From: an uncultured Candidatus Rokubacteria bacterium
GTDB taxonomy: Bacteria > Methylomirabilota > Methylomirabilia > Rokubacteriales > DASRDR01
Reading direction: 5' to 3'
Length of the DNA: 64,000 bases
Assembly: GCA_963805625.1 (NCBI GenBank)
Contig: CAWDVE010000010.1
Span: 800,001 to 864,000 of the forward strand
The position numbers and the translations under genes were made by a program. Numbering within the stretch: the first letter of the stretch is position 1; the number at the start of each line of letters is the position of its first letter. The notes under the pieces are model-generated. The model ran no database searches and was not told the DNA's origin. It worked only from the letters and a program-made list of their open reading frames with translations. This document shows positions 19,814-29,368 of the stretch, one piece after another.

Positions 19814-20152
19814 CTACTCCCGGGCGGCTTCCAGGTAGAGCTCGTTGTAGGCGCGGTGGCGACGCTCGAAGTTCGCCTCGCACTCCTGGACCTGGCGAGG
19901 CGCCTTGAACCGCTCCCGGCACCGGAGGCGCTCGCCGGCCATCTCGTCCATTCGTGCAAGCGCCCACCGCCGCCGGGCCTCGCGGTCCCGTGGGGCCGGC
20001 TGGTCGGGACCGGCCGCGCCCACGCCGCTCGAGGCGGCCAGAGGCAGCGCCCATGCCAGGGCCGCGGCCGCCAGCCCCCGGATCACGTCCCGTCGCGCCC
20101 AATCCTCGCCCGTCTTGGCGCTCGCCTTCCCGTCTGTCCGGATGCTCCTCAT
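19814..20152 (-). CDS. Hypothetical small exported protein (Tat-like signal)
   Basis: RRDVIRGLAAAALAWAL signal-like stretch; SD GGAGGGAG; helical C-terminus with 2 Cys. Confidence 0.55.
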   Translation of the reverse strand: MRSIRTDGKASAKTGEDWARRDVIRGLAAAALAWALPLAASSGVGAAGPDQPAPRDREARRRWALARMDEMAGERLRCRERFKAPRQVQECEANFERRHRAYNELYLEAARE

Positions 20153-20377
20153 GACTCCCTCCTCTCGGCTCCGATCGCTCGTGTCTCCCCACGTGGCCGC
20201 CCTGTATCGCGGCCGATGCGCCTGCCGCCCGATTCGCCCCGCACACCTCCGTATTCCGACCGTGACCGGGGCCGCCGCGCGGTGCGTGCTATCCTCGGCC
20301 GCATCCGATCAGCAAGCGGCGGGCCGGGCCCGTAGGCGCGGCAGCGACACGGGCTGGGACGGCCGAAAGGAGCGTGG

Positions 20378-21121
20378 ATGCGCTTCACGGGGCGGGTGGC
20401 GATCGTGACGGGCGGCGGGGCCGGGATCGGCCGCGCGACGTGCCTGGCGTTCGCGCGGGAGGGCGCGGCGGTCGGCGTCGTCGATCTCAAGGCCGCCGAC
20501 ACGGTCGCCGGTGACATCGAGGCCGCTGGCGGCCGAGCCGCGCCCTACGCGGCGGATGTCTCGCGGAGCGCCGACGTGGAGGCCATGGTGGACGACGTCG
20601 TGCGGCGATTCGGGAGCGTCGACATCCTGGTCAACAACGCGGGAATCGGCCGCCCGGGTGGAATCATGGACGTCACCGAGGAGGAGTGGGACCGGACGCT
20701 CGCCGTCGACCTCAAGGCCCACTTCCTCTGCTGCCGCGCGGTCGTGCCTCACATGCGGCGCCGAGGGCGCGGGCACATCGTCAACGTGACCTCGATCGCC
20801 GGGCGGCACGTGAGCCTTGCCAACTCGATCCCGTATACGAGCGCCAAGGCGGGCGTGATCGGGTTCACCCGCCACCTTGCCCAGGAGCTCGGCCCGGACG
20901 GCATCCGCGTGAACGCGGTGGCCCCGGGTCCCGTCAAGACCGAGCTCTTCTACTCCGCGGTAGCCCGCGGCGGCGACCGGGAGGCCGAGCTCCGCGCCCG
21001 CATCCCGCTCCGCTACGTGGGCGAGGCCGAGGAACAGGCGGCAGTGATCCTCTTCCTCGCCTCGGACGCAGCGAGCTTCGTCCACGGCGCGATCGTCGAC
21101 GTCAACGGAGGGCTGCTGTAG
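20378..21121 (+). CDS. Short-chain dehydrogenase/reductase
   Basis: TGGGAGIG, NNAG, YTSAK, VAPG, VNGG. Confidence 0.92.
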   Translation: MRFTGRVAIVTGGGAGIGRATCLAFAREGAAVGVVDLKAADTVAGDIEAAGGRAAPYAADVSRSADVEAMVDDVVRRFGSVDILVNNAGIGRPGGIMDVTEEEWDRTLAVDLKAHFLCCRAVVPHMRRRGRGHIVNVTSIAGRHVSLANSIPYTSAKAGVIGFTRHLAQELGPDGIRVNAVAPGPVKTELFYSAVARGGDREAELRARIPLRYVGEAEEQAAVILFLASDAASFVHGAIVDVNGGLL

Positions 21122-21320
21122 CTCGGCGCGCGCGGGTCGGAGCCGGCGGCCCCGCAGCGCTCGAGGCGGTCAGCATCGCCCCTATGCCAGCGGCGGCGCT
21201 CCGCGCATCGCGGGCGTCGACGGCCACGCACCATCCTTGATGAGTGACCGCCGCGGTGTAGGCGAAGTCGCCGGAACCTGCGATTCGCGGGCGGGCGTCC
21301 GCGGCTCATGAACTTTCCCG

Positions 21321-21349
21321 TTGCAGTCCGGTGTCCCCGCTTCGACAAT
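21321..21349 (+). promoter_or_regulatory. Putative sigma70 promoter for DUF4242-cyclase genes
   Basis: TTGCAG-N17-GACAAT. Confidence 0.45.
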
Positions 21350-21424
21350 GGGAGCCTGCGCCGGCAGCCGCCGGGCACGCGCGAATCGCGCACGGCGCCA
21401 CACGCCCTCGCCGAGGGAGGAACC

Positions 21425-21676
21425 ATGCCCCTATATCTGGACATTCACAACAAGATCGAGGGTTTGACTGCTCCCGCGGTGTCCGATGCACACGCGGCGG
21501 ATTTGCGGGTCCAGCACAAGTACGGGGTGAACTACCTCCGTTATTGGTACGACGAGGGCACCGGCAAGGTGTTCTGCCTGGTCGAAGCGCCGAGCAAGGA
21601 GGCCGCCGCCGCCGTGCATCGCGAGGCCCACGGGCTCGTGGCGGACGAGATCGTCGAGGTCAGGGAAGGCAGCTGA
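21425..21676 (+). CDS. DUF4242/SCO4226-family putative nickel-binding protein
   Basis: MPLYLDIH...AHAADL..Q.KYGVNYLRYWYDE..GKVFCLVEAP....AVHREAHGLVADEI; SD GGGAGG. Confidence 0.85.
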   Translation: MPLYLDIHNKIEGLTAPAVSDAHAADLRVQHKYGVNYLRYWYDEGTGKVFCLVEAPSKEAAAAVHREAHGLVADEIVEVREGS

Positions 21677-21696
21677 TCCCCGGCCGCCACCTTCGA

Positions 21697-24600
21697 ATGC
21701 GCTGCCCGCAGTGCGAGCACGACAACCCACCCGGAGCCAGGTTCTGTAACGCCTGCGGGGCCGGGCTCGCTGGCGCCTGTCACGCGTGCGGTCAGGTCAA
21801 CGCCCCGGGCAGCCGCTTCTGCAGCGCCTGCGGGCAGGCACTCGGTCCGCCCGAACCTGGCGGGCCTCCGACCCGGTTCGATTCCCCGGGTGCGTACACC
21901 CCTCCCCATCTCGCGCAGCGCATCCTCGCCAGCCGGCAGGCTCTCGAGGGCGAGCGCAAGCAGGTCACGGTGCTCTTCGCCGACATGAAGGGGTCCATGG
22001 AGCTTCTGGCCGACCGGGACCCCGAGGACGCGCGGCGGCTCTTCGACGCCGTGCTCAAGCGCATGATGGAGGCCGTCCACCGCTACGAGGGCACGGTCAA
22101 CCAGGTCCTGGGCGACGGGATCATGGCGCTGTTCGGGGCACCGCTCGCCCACGAAAACCACGCCGTGCGTGCCTGCTACGCGGCGCTCCGAATGCAGGAG
22201 GACATCGGGCGATACGGGGACGAGATGCAGCGCGCCCTCGGCGTGCCCATCCAGATCCGCGTCGGTCTCAACTCCGGCGAGGTCGTGGTCGGATCCATTG
22301 GTAGCGACCTGCGGATGGAGTACTCAGCGGTCGGACAGACCACCCACCTGGCCGCCCGGATGGAGCAGATGGCAAAACCGGCCTCGGTGCTTCTCACCGC
22401 CGACACCCTGCGGCTTGCCGAGGGATACGTCCAGGCCAGGGCGCTCGGCCCGGTGCCCGTGCGCGGGCTGGCCGACCCGGTCGAGGTGTTCGAGCTGGTC
22501 GGTGCCACGGCGGCACGGACACGTCTTCAGGTGGCGGCGGTACGAGGGCTCACCCGGCTCGTCGGGCGCCAGGCCGAGCTGGGCCTGCTGCGCCAGGCGC
22601 TTGACCGGGCGCGGGACGGACGAGGTCAGGTCGTGGCGCTCGTGGGAGACGCGGGGGTCGGGAAGTCGCGGGTGGCCTGGGAGATCACGCGCTCCCATCG
22701 GACTCGCGACTGGCTCGTCCTCGAGGGCAGCGCGGCGTCCCACAGCAAGGCGACGAGCTGGCTGCCCGTGATCGACTTGCTCCGGGCCTACTACCGCATC
22801 GACGACGGGGACGAGGCCCGCACGGTCCGGGAAAAGCTCATCGGACGGCTCCTCGCGCTCGACGAAGCCCTGCGACCCACTCTCACGGCCTTCGAGGCCC
22901 TGCTGGAGATTCCCGTCGAGGGAGTGGAGTGGGGTCGGCTGGACGCGACGACGCGGCAGCGACGGACAGTGGAGGCTGTGAAGAGCGTGCTGCTGCGGGA
23001 AAGCCAGATGCAGCCCCTTCTCCTGGTTCTGGAGGATCTCCACTGGATCGACAGTGCCACGCAAGCCCTGCTCGACAGCCTCGTCGAGAGTCTGCCGGCC
23101 GCACGCGTGCTCCTCCTGGTGAACTATCGCCCCGAGTACCGGCACGGCTGGGGCGGGAAGACCTACTACAGCCAGCTCAGGCTCGACCCGCTACCCGCCG
23201 AGACGGCCGAAGGGATGCTCGATACCCTCATGGGCGGGGACGCCGAGCTCGCTCCGCTGAAGAGCCTCCTGATCGACCGGACTCAGGGGAATCCGTTCTT
23301 CCTGGAGGAGACCGTCCGGAGCCTGGTCGAGAGCCACGCCCTCACCGGGGCGCCCGGCGATTACCGCCTGGCCACCGCCCTGCCCGCCATCCAGATCCCG
23401 GCAACGGTGCAGGCCGTTCTCGCCGCGAGGATCGACCGTCTGCCAGCCGAGGACAAACGACTGCTGCAGCTGGCCTCCGTCGTCGGCAAGGATGTGTCGC
23501 TCCCCCTCCTCCGGGCCATCGCCGACATGCCCGAGCAAGGGCTCCAGGACTGCCTGTCCCATCTCCAAACCGCCGAGTTCCTTTATGAGAAACGCCTGTT
23601 CCCTGACCCCGAGTACACGTTCCGGCACGCTTTGACCCTCGAGGTCGCGTACGGAAGCCTGCTCCACGAGCGGCGGCGCGAGCTTCACGCGCGGATCGTC
23701 GACACGATCGAGCGCCTGTACCTCGAGCGGCTGACCGAGCACGGCGCGCGCCTGGCCCACCACGCCTTCCGCGCCGAGGCGTGGGCCAAGGCCTTGGCCT
23801 ATCTCAAGCAGCAGAGCGAGACGGCAGCCTCGCGCTCGAGCCTTGACGCCGTGCTCGGCAGTAACGCCGGCGTCGGCAGCGCCGAAAGCGCGGGGGCGCT
23901 CTGGTGGAGCGGCGAGCACGCCCGGGCGATCGAGGTCGGCCAGCGAGATCTGGCCGTCGCGGCCAACTTCAGGAACTTCGGAATGAACATCGTCGCGACG
24001 TGCCGCCTTGGCCAGACTCATCACGCGCTCGGCGACTACGGACGCGCGGCGGACTTCTTGAGGCGCGCCCTCGCGTCGCTACAGGGCGATCTCGAGCGGG
24101 AACAATTCGGGATGGCGGGACTGCCCTCGGTGTTCGCCCGAGCATGGCTCGGCTGGTGCCTGGCCGAGCTGGGCGACTTCCCCGAAGGCATCGCCCGAGG
24201 CGAGGAGGGAGTCGCCATCGCCGAGGCCGCGGACCACGCCTACAGCCAGATCGTGGCGGCCTGGGGTCTGGGGACCCTCTTCGTCGTGCGTGGAGACCCG
24301 GAGCGTGCCATCCCCGTCCTCGAGCGAGGGTTGGTGGTGGCCCGCATGGCGGACATCCCGCTACTCTTCCCGTTCGTCGCCGCCCCCCTCGGTGCGGCGT
24401 ATGCCCTCGCCGGGCGGGTCGACGACGCGTTGCCGCTCCTCGAACAAGGCGTGCGCCAGGCCGTCTCCATGAACCTCCAGGCGAACCACGCGCTCAGGCT
24501 CACCTGGGTCGGTGAGGCCCTCCTGCTCGCGGGCCAGATCGAGCGGGCCGGCGAGCAGGCGGCGCAGGCGCTCGCCCTCGCCGAGCACCAGGGAGAGCGA

Positions 24601-24891
24601 GGCAGCCAAGCGTACGCCTGGCGGCTGGCCGGAGAGATTGCCACGCTGCGCGAGCCGCCTGACGTGGAGGCAGCGGTCACCGCCTACCGCGACGCGCTCC
24701 GCTTGGGGGCCGAACTCGGAATGCGGCCGCTCGTGGCGCGGTCTCACCTGGGGCTCGCCGCCACACATCGGCGCATCGGCGCGCAGGCCGAAGCTCGGGC
24801 CGAGCTGGACGCGGCCGCCGAGGCCCTCCGCAGGCTCGGGATGACGCACTGGATCGGCCGAGTGGAGGCGCTCGGGGTCGCGCCGGGCTAG
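21697..24891 (+). CDS. Double zinc ribbon + class III adenylate/guanylate cyclase + AAA ATPase + TPR-like protein
   Basis: CPQC..FCNACG..CHACG..FCSACG; TVLFADMKGS, GDGIMALFG; GDAGVGKS Walker A, LEDLHWID Walker B, GNPFFLEE. Confidence 0.92.
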   Translation: MRCPQCEHDNPPGARFCNACGAGLAGACHACGQVNAPGSRFCSACGQALGPPEPGGPPTRFDSPGAYTPPHLAQRILASRQALEGERKQVTVLFADMKGSMELLADRDPEDARRLFDAVLKRMMEAVHRYEGTVNQVLGDGIMALFGAPLAHENHAVRACYAALRMQEDIGRYGDEMQRALGVPIQIRVGLNSGEVVVGSIGSDLRMEYSAVGQTTHLAARMEQMAKPASVLLTADTLRLAEGYVQARALGPVPVRGLADPVEVFELVGATAARTRLQVAAVRGLTRLVGRQAELGLLRQALDRARDGRGQVVALVGDAGVGKSRVAWEITRSHRTRDWLVLEGSAASHSKATSWLPVIDLLRAYYRIDDGDEARTVREKLIGRLLALDEALRPTLTAFEALLEIPVEGVEWGRLDATTRQRRTVEAVKSVLLRESQMQPLLLVLEDLHWIDSATQALLDSLVESLPAARVLLLVNYRPEYRHGWGGKTYYSQLRLDPLPAETAEGMLDTLMGGDAELAPLKSLLIDRTQGNPFFLEETVRSLVESHALTGAPGDYRLATALPAIQIPATVQAVLAARIDRLPAEDKRLLQLASVVGKDVSLPLLRAIADMPEQGLQDCLSHLQTAEFLYEKRLFPDPEYTFRHALTLEVAYGSLLHERRRELHARIVDTIERLYLERLTEHGARLAHHAFRAEAWAKALAYLKQQSETAASRSSLDAVLGSNAGVGSAESAGALWWSGEHARAIEVGQRDLAVAANFRNFGMNIVATCRLGQTHHALGDYGRAADFLRRALASLQGDLEREQFGMAGLPSVFARAWLGWCLAELGDFPEGIARGEEGVAIAEAADHAYSQIVAAWGLGTLFVVRGDPERAIPVLERGLVVARMADIPLLFPFVAAPLGAAYALAGRVDDALPLLEQGVRQAVSMNLQANHALRLTWVGEALLLAGQIERAGEQAAQALALAEHQGERGSQAYAWRLAGEIATLREPPDVEAAVTAYRDALRLGAELGMRPLVARSHLGLAATHRRIGAQAEARAELDAAAEALRRLGMTHWIGRVEALGVAPG

Positions 24892-24903
24892 GAGCGGGAG
24901 ACC

Positions 24904-25560
24904 ATGCGGAGGGTGGGACGCCGGACCCGGCAACCGCGGCTTCCGGCAGGGACGGGCCGAGTGCTCCCCCGCCGATTCTACGAACGGCCGGCCCCTCGGG
25001 TGGCCCGAGAGCTCCTTGGCTGCATCCTGGTCTCCCGCGTCGGGGCCGCGCTCACGGCCGGACGGATCGTCGAGACCGAGGCGTATCTCGGACCGGAGGA
25101 TGGCGCCTCACACGCCGCGTTTCGGCCGTCCTCCCGGTGGCTCTTCTATGGGCCTGGAGGCCTCGCCTACGTCTTCCAGGCCTACGGCCTCCACGCCTGC
25201 CTGAACGCCATCGCGGGAGCGGCGGGGACGCCTGGCTGTGTGCTGATCCGTGCGCTCGAGCCTCTCGCGGGGACGAGGTCGATGGCGCGCCGACGCCGGC
25301 ATCCGCTCCCGCGCCGCCCCTCCGCGCGGGCGCTCGCCGCACTGACGAGCGGGCCGGCGAGGCTCACCCAGGCGCTCGGAATCACGCTCCGCGACAGCGG
25401 CCGGGACCTCCGGCAGTCCTCTCTCCGCATCCACGCGGCGGCCCGGCCCGGACGCCTAGAGGTGGTCACGAGCCGGCGAGTCGGGATCACCCGGTCCCCA
25501 GACCTGACGCTGAGGTTCTCGCTACGAGGCAGTCCCTTCGTGTCGAGACCCCAGCCCTGA
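24904..25560 (+). CDS. mpg: 3-methyladenine DNA glycosylase (AAG/MPG family)
   Basis: ARELLG, GRIVETEAY, DGASHA, VLIRALEP, GPARLTQALGI, RVGIT. Confidence 0.92.
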   Translation: MRRVGRRTRQPRLPAGTGRVLPRRFYERPAPRVARELLGCILVSRVGAALTAGRIVETEAYLGPEDGASHAAFRPSSRWLFYGPGGLAYVFQAYGLHACLNAIAGAAGTPGCVLIRALEPLAGTRSMARRRRHPLPRRPSARALAALTSGPARLTQALGITLRDSGRDLRQSSLRIHAAARPGRLEVVTSRRVGITRSPDLTLRFSLRGSPFVSRPQP

Positions 25561-25632
25561 GCGCGCGCCGGGAACGAGGCGCGGATCGGAGGCTTCGGGC
25601 GCGGGCCCCCCGTGCAGGTCTCTGCCGCTTAG

Positions 25633-26529
25633 CTACTTCCGATCCCCTTGATTTGACGGCAGGATAGCCGATCCGGTCTGCGAAGCCGGATTACGAGGGC
25701 CCCACCGATCGGACTCGACTGCGGTCAGGAAGTCGAGCACCGCCCGGTTGAACGCCTCCGGCTCCTCGAGGTTGATGGTGTGCCCGGCCTTGGGGATGAC
25801 GACCAGCCCAGAGGTCCGGATCTTCCGCTTCAGGAAGATGCCAGGCTCGAGGCACGGCTCGTCCTCGTCCCCGGTGACGATGAGGGTGGGCACCGTGAGC
25901 CGCTCGAGATCGGCCTCGAGCTCGTAGACCGACGGCCGCTCCAGCTGGACACCGCGCATGGTGAGGCCGTGGCCGAGGGCTGACTGCGCCGCAAACTGGT
26001 CGTGGAACTCCTGCCAGCCTTTCGGGTCCTTGTCCCGGAACTGCACCCGCGTGGGCCCCTGGCAGTAGACGTCGGCGAGCACCGCCATGGGCTCGCTGAG
26101 AAACCGCTGGGCCGTGGCCGCAACGTCGCGCTTGAACTGGGCACGGTCGGTGGCCACGCTCCCGTACCCGCAGCCCGCCACGACCAGTGACCGTGCTCGG
26201 TCGGGATAACGGATCCCGAAGTGGAGCGTCGCGTAGCCGCCCATGGAGAGCCCGCAGATATGGGCTCGGTCGATCCCGAGCGCGTCGAGGAATCCCCGGA
26301 TGTCCTCCACGGCCTGGTCCTGGGAGTAAGCGCTGCTGGCCGCCGGCACGTCGGAGGGCGGGTAGCCGCGGGCGTTGAAGGCGATCGTCCGGTAGCGACG
26401 GGCGAAGAAGCGCACCTGGAGGTGCCAGCTCTGGGCCTCGCCCGCGAATTCGTGAACGAACACGAGCGGGGTGCCTTGGCCGGCCTCCTCATAGTAGAGG
26501 CGGATACCGTTGACGGGAACTCGGGGCAT
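25633..26529 (-). CDS. Alpha/beta-fold hydrolase
   Basis: FVHEFAG, GLSMGG nucleophile motif, GDED, GHTINLEEP. Confidence 0.9.
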   Translation of the reverse strand: MPRVPVNGIRLYYEEAGQGTPLVFVHEFAGEAQSWHLQVRFFARRYRTIAFNARGYPPSDVPAASSAYSQDQAVEDIRGFLDALGIDRAHICGLSMGGYATLHFGIRYPDRARSLVVAGCGYGSVATDRAQFKRDVAATAQRFLSEPMAVLADVYCQGPTRVQFRDKDPKGWQEFHDQFAAQSALGHGLTMRGVQLERPSVYELEADLERLTVPTLIVTGDEDEPCLEPGIFLKRKIRTSGLVVIPKAGHTINLEEPEAFNRAVLDFLTAVESDRWGPRNPASQTGSAILPSNQGDRK

Positions 26530-26557
26530 GATGGCTCTCCGGTAGCCGCGCGCGGCG

Positions 26558-26824
26558 TCACCCGAGCGCGACGGGCAAGGATCGCATTCCGCGGAAGACG
26601 AGCGAGTCGAGCCACTCCGGCGAGTCGGCGCGCGGGGCCAGCCCCGGGAACCGGGACAAGAGGGCCGGCAGGGCGACCTGCCCCTCGAGCCGTGCCAGGG
26701 GGGCGCCGAGACAGAAGTGGATCCCGTGGCCGAACGCGAGATGGCGATTGTCCACGCGTCGGAAATCGAGACGGTCCGGCTCCGGGAACTGGCGCGGGTC
26801 GCGATTGGCTGCGTACGCGATCAA
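26558..26824 (-). pseudogene. Cytochrome P450 remnant (C-terminal ~88 aa only)
   Basis: AANRDPRQFPEPDRLD...HLAFGHGIHFCLGAPLARLEG heme-Cys motif; I and K helices absent; TTG at 26824 overlaps the upstream stop. Confidence 0.85.
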
Positions 26825-29247
26825 CTTCGGACCCGGTCGCCGCGAGGGTCCCAGAGGGGCTCGGCGGCCACCAGCCCCTCGACCCATTCTCCGAAGAACT
26901 CGACGGCGACCGACGTCCCCGGGCTCGCGAGCTCCACCGGGAGGTACGCGTAGGCGATCGACAGGCCCACCGTGTAGCCGAAGCCGCCGCTCGTGACGCG
27001 CCCCACCACGCGGCCCGCCACGCGCACGGGCTCGCCCCCGAGCGCGACCCAGGCGGGGTCGGAGAGGGTCAGGCACGTGAGCTTCCGGCGTGCGCCCTCG
27101 GCGCGCTGGCGGACCAGCGCCTCGCGGCCGAGGAAGTCGCCCTTCCCGAGCTTGACCGCGAACCCGAGCCCGGCCTCGTACGGCGTGTCGTCCGGGGTGA
27201 TGTCGGCGCTCCAGTACCGGTACCCCTTCTCGAGCCGGAGGGAGTCGATGGCGCGGTAGCCGGCCGCGGCCAGGCCGTGAGGCTGGCCCGCCTCCCACAG
27301 CGTGTCCCACAGCTCGAGGCCGTACTCCATGGGCGCGTAGATCTCCCAGCCGAGCTCGCCCACGTACGTCACCCGCACCGCGAGGGCGGGAACACGCCCG
27401 ACCGCCAGCTCCCGCGCCGTGAGGTACGGGAAGCCGGCGTTCGAGACGTCGGCCGTCGTGGTCGCCGCGAGGATGTCGCGAGCGCGGGGCCCCCAGAGAC
27501 CGATGCAGCATGACCCTCCGGTGACGTCGAGGAGCGAGACCGACCCGTCCTCCGGCAGGTACCGCTGGATGAAGCCGCGGTCGTGCGTGCCGAACGCCGT
27601 GCCGGTGACGATTCGGAACCGGGTGGGCCCGAGCCGCGTCACCGTGAAGTCACACTCGATGCCGCCCCGCCCGTTGAGCATGGACGTGTAGACGACCGAG
27701 CCCACCGGCTTGTCGACGTCGTTGCCGCAGAGCCGCTGGAGAAGGCCGAGCGCGCCCGGGCCCACCACCTCGAGCTTCGAGAAGGACGTCTCGTCGAAGA
27801 GCCCCGCTCGCTCGCGCGTCGCCAGATGCTCGGCCTCGATCGCGGGTGACCAGATCCGCCCCGCAAACCCGCGTGGGCGCCGCCCCTCGTCACCCGCCAC
27901 CGCGTTCGGCTCGAACCAGTTGGGCCGCTCCCAGCCCGACTTCTCGCCGAACGCGGCCCCGAGTTCGCGGAGCCGCGGGTACGCCGGCGACAGGCGGAGC
28001 CGCCGCCCTTCCTCGCGCTCCTGGTTCGGGTAGCGGAGGTCGTAGTACGTGCGGTACACCTCGTGGGTCCGCTCGAGGGTGAGCCGGCGGGACCGGTACT
28101 GAACGCCGAACCGGCGGAGGTCCATGTGCCAGACGTCGAGCCCGGGATCGCCCTCGACGATCCAGTCGGCCATGATCCGTCCCATGCCGCCGGCGCCAGC
28201 GATGCCGTGGGCGCAGAAGCCGCACGCGACGAAGAAGCCCCGGACCTCCGGCGACTCGCCGAGGATGAACTCGCCGTCCGGCGTGAAGGCCTCGGGGCCG
28301 TTGATCAGCCGGACGATCTCCGCGCTCCCGATCGCCGGCACCCGATGCACCGCACCCTCCATCAGGGGGGCGAAGCGCTCCCAGTCCGGCGGCAGGAGCC
28401 GGTGGTTGAAGTCGGCCGGGATGCCGTCGAACCCCCACGGCGCCGGCTCGCGCTCGTACCCGCCGGCCACCAGCCCCCCGACCTCCTCCCGGAAGTAGAC
28501 GAGATGGTCCGGATCCCGGAGCATCGGGATGGCGGGATGCACCCCCTCGATGGGCTTCGTGACGAGATACTGGTGGGCCATGGGCACGAGTGGGATCGTC
28601 ACGCCCACCATCCGCCCGATCTCCGGCGCGTACATCCCGCCCGCGTTCACGACCACCTCGGTGCGGATGGTCCCCGCCGTAGTCTCGACCTCGCGGACTC
28701 GGCCGTCTCGCACGCCGATGCCAACGACGCGGGTGCCGGTGCGGATCGCCGCTCCGCGCTGCCGCGCGCCCTCCGCCAGCGCCATGGCGAGGCCACTCGG
28801 GTCGAGGTGCCCGTCGGTCGGGAGGTAGACGGCGCCGAGGACGCCGTCGAGCCCCATGACCGGAAAGAGCCGCTGGGCCTCGGCCGGCCCGATCTCCTCC
28901 AGGGGGAGCCCGAAGGTCTTGGCCCACCCGGCCTGGCGGCGGTGCTCGAGACCACGCTCGGCGGTGCACGCGAGCCGAAGGCTGCCGGTCTCCTTCCAGC
29001 CCGGGTCGCGTCCGGTCTCGGCGGCGAGCCGCCGGTAGCACTCGACGCTCCACATCATCAGCCGCGTGAGCGCGACCGAGGAGCGAAGCTGTCCCACCAG
29101 CCCCGCCGAGTGGAACGTCGACCCGCTGGTCAGCTCGGCCCGCTCGACCACCACCACGTCGCGCCACCCCTTCGCCGTGAGATGGTACGCGACGCTCGTG
29201 CCGCCCACGCCGCCTCCGACGATGACTGCCCGCGCGTGCTCGGTCAC
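26821..29247 (-). CDS. GcvT-family FAD-dependent oxidoreductase (dimethylglycine/sarcosine dehydrogenase-like)
   Basis: IVGGGVGG, LTSGSTFHSAG, INGPEAFTPDG, GWERPNWF, RVTYVGELGWE, SLRLEKGY. Confidence 0.92.
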   Translation of the reverse strand: MTEHARAVIVGGGVGGTSVAYHLTAKGWRDVVVVERAELTSGSTFHSAGLVGQLRSSVALTRLMMWSVECYRRLAAETGRDPGWKETGSLRLACTAERGLEHRRQAGWAKTFGLPLEEIGPAEAQRLFPVMGLDGVLGAVYLPTDGHLDPSGLAMALAEGARQRGAAIRTGTRVVGIGVRDGRVREVETTAGTIRTEVVVNAGGMYAPEIGRMVGVTIPLVPMAHQYLVTKPIEGVHPAIPMLRDPDHLVYFREEVGGLVAGGYEREPAPWGFDGIPADFNHRLLPPDWERFAPLMEGAVHRVPAIGSAEIVRLINGPEAFTPDGEFILGESPEVRGFFVACGFCAHGIAGAGGMGRIMADWIVEGDPGLDVWHMDLRRFGVQYRSRRLTLERTHEVYRTYYDLRYPNQEREEGRRLRLSPAYPRLRELGAAFGEKSGWERPNWFEPNAVAGDEGRRPRGFAGRIWSPAIEAEHLATRERAGLFDETSFSKLEVVGPGALGLLQRLCGNDVDKPVGSVVYTSMLNGRGGIECDFTVTRLGPTRFRIVTGTAFGTHDRGFIQRYLPEDGSVSLLDVTGGSCCIGLWGPRARDILAATTTADVSNAGFPYLTARELAVGRVPALAVRVTYVGELGWEIYAPMEYGLELWDTLWEAGQPHGLAAAGYRAIDSLRLEKGYRYWSADITPDDTPYEAGLGFAVKLGKGDFLGREALVRQRAEGARRKLTCLTLSDPAWVALGGEPVRVAGRVVGRVTSGGFGYTVGLSIAYAYLPVELASPGTSVAVEFFGEWVEGLVAAEPLWDPRGDRVRS

Positions 29248-29255
29248 GGCGCCAG

Positions 29256-29284
29256 ATTGTAACAGGGCGACGGGGCCTTGACAC
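29256..29284 (-). promoter_or_regulatory. Putative leaderless promoter for the GcvT-family gene
   Basis: GTGTCA-N17-TACAAT with TGn, 8 nt before GTG; no SD. Confidence 0.55.
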
Positions 29285-29306
29285 GGCCCACGCCGACCTG
29301 TGAACT
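29278..29306 (+). promoter_or_regulatory. Putative sigma70 promoter for the second Dpp operon (overlaps the divergent promoter)
   Basis: TTGACA-N17-TGAACT. Confidence 0.45.
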
Positions 29307-29368
29307 TGAAGGTAACGACCGACCCCCGATCCTTCACGATCACACGCTGCTCGCGCGAGGAGCCTGCC

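Noticed and set aside
26825-27511. 317-aa ORF as a near-complete P450
   Set aside because: The upstream part is an alternate frame of the GcvT-family gene; only the last 88 aa are P450-like
29248-29368. Glycine riboswitch upstream of the GcvT-family gene (also Moco riboswitch near moaA)
   Set aside because: The -10 elements lie right before the start codons, leaving no leader, and I recognised no aptamer consensus
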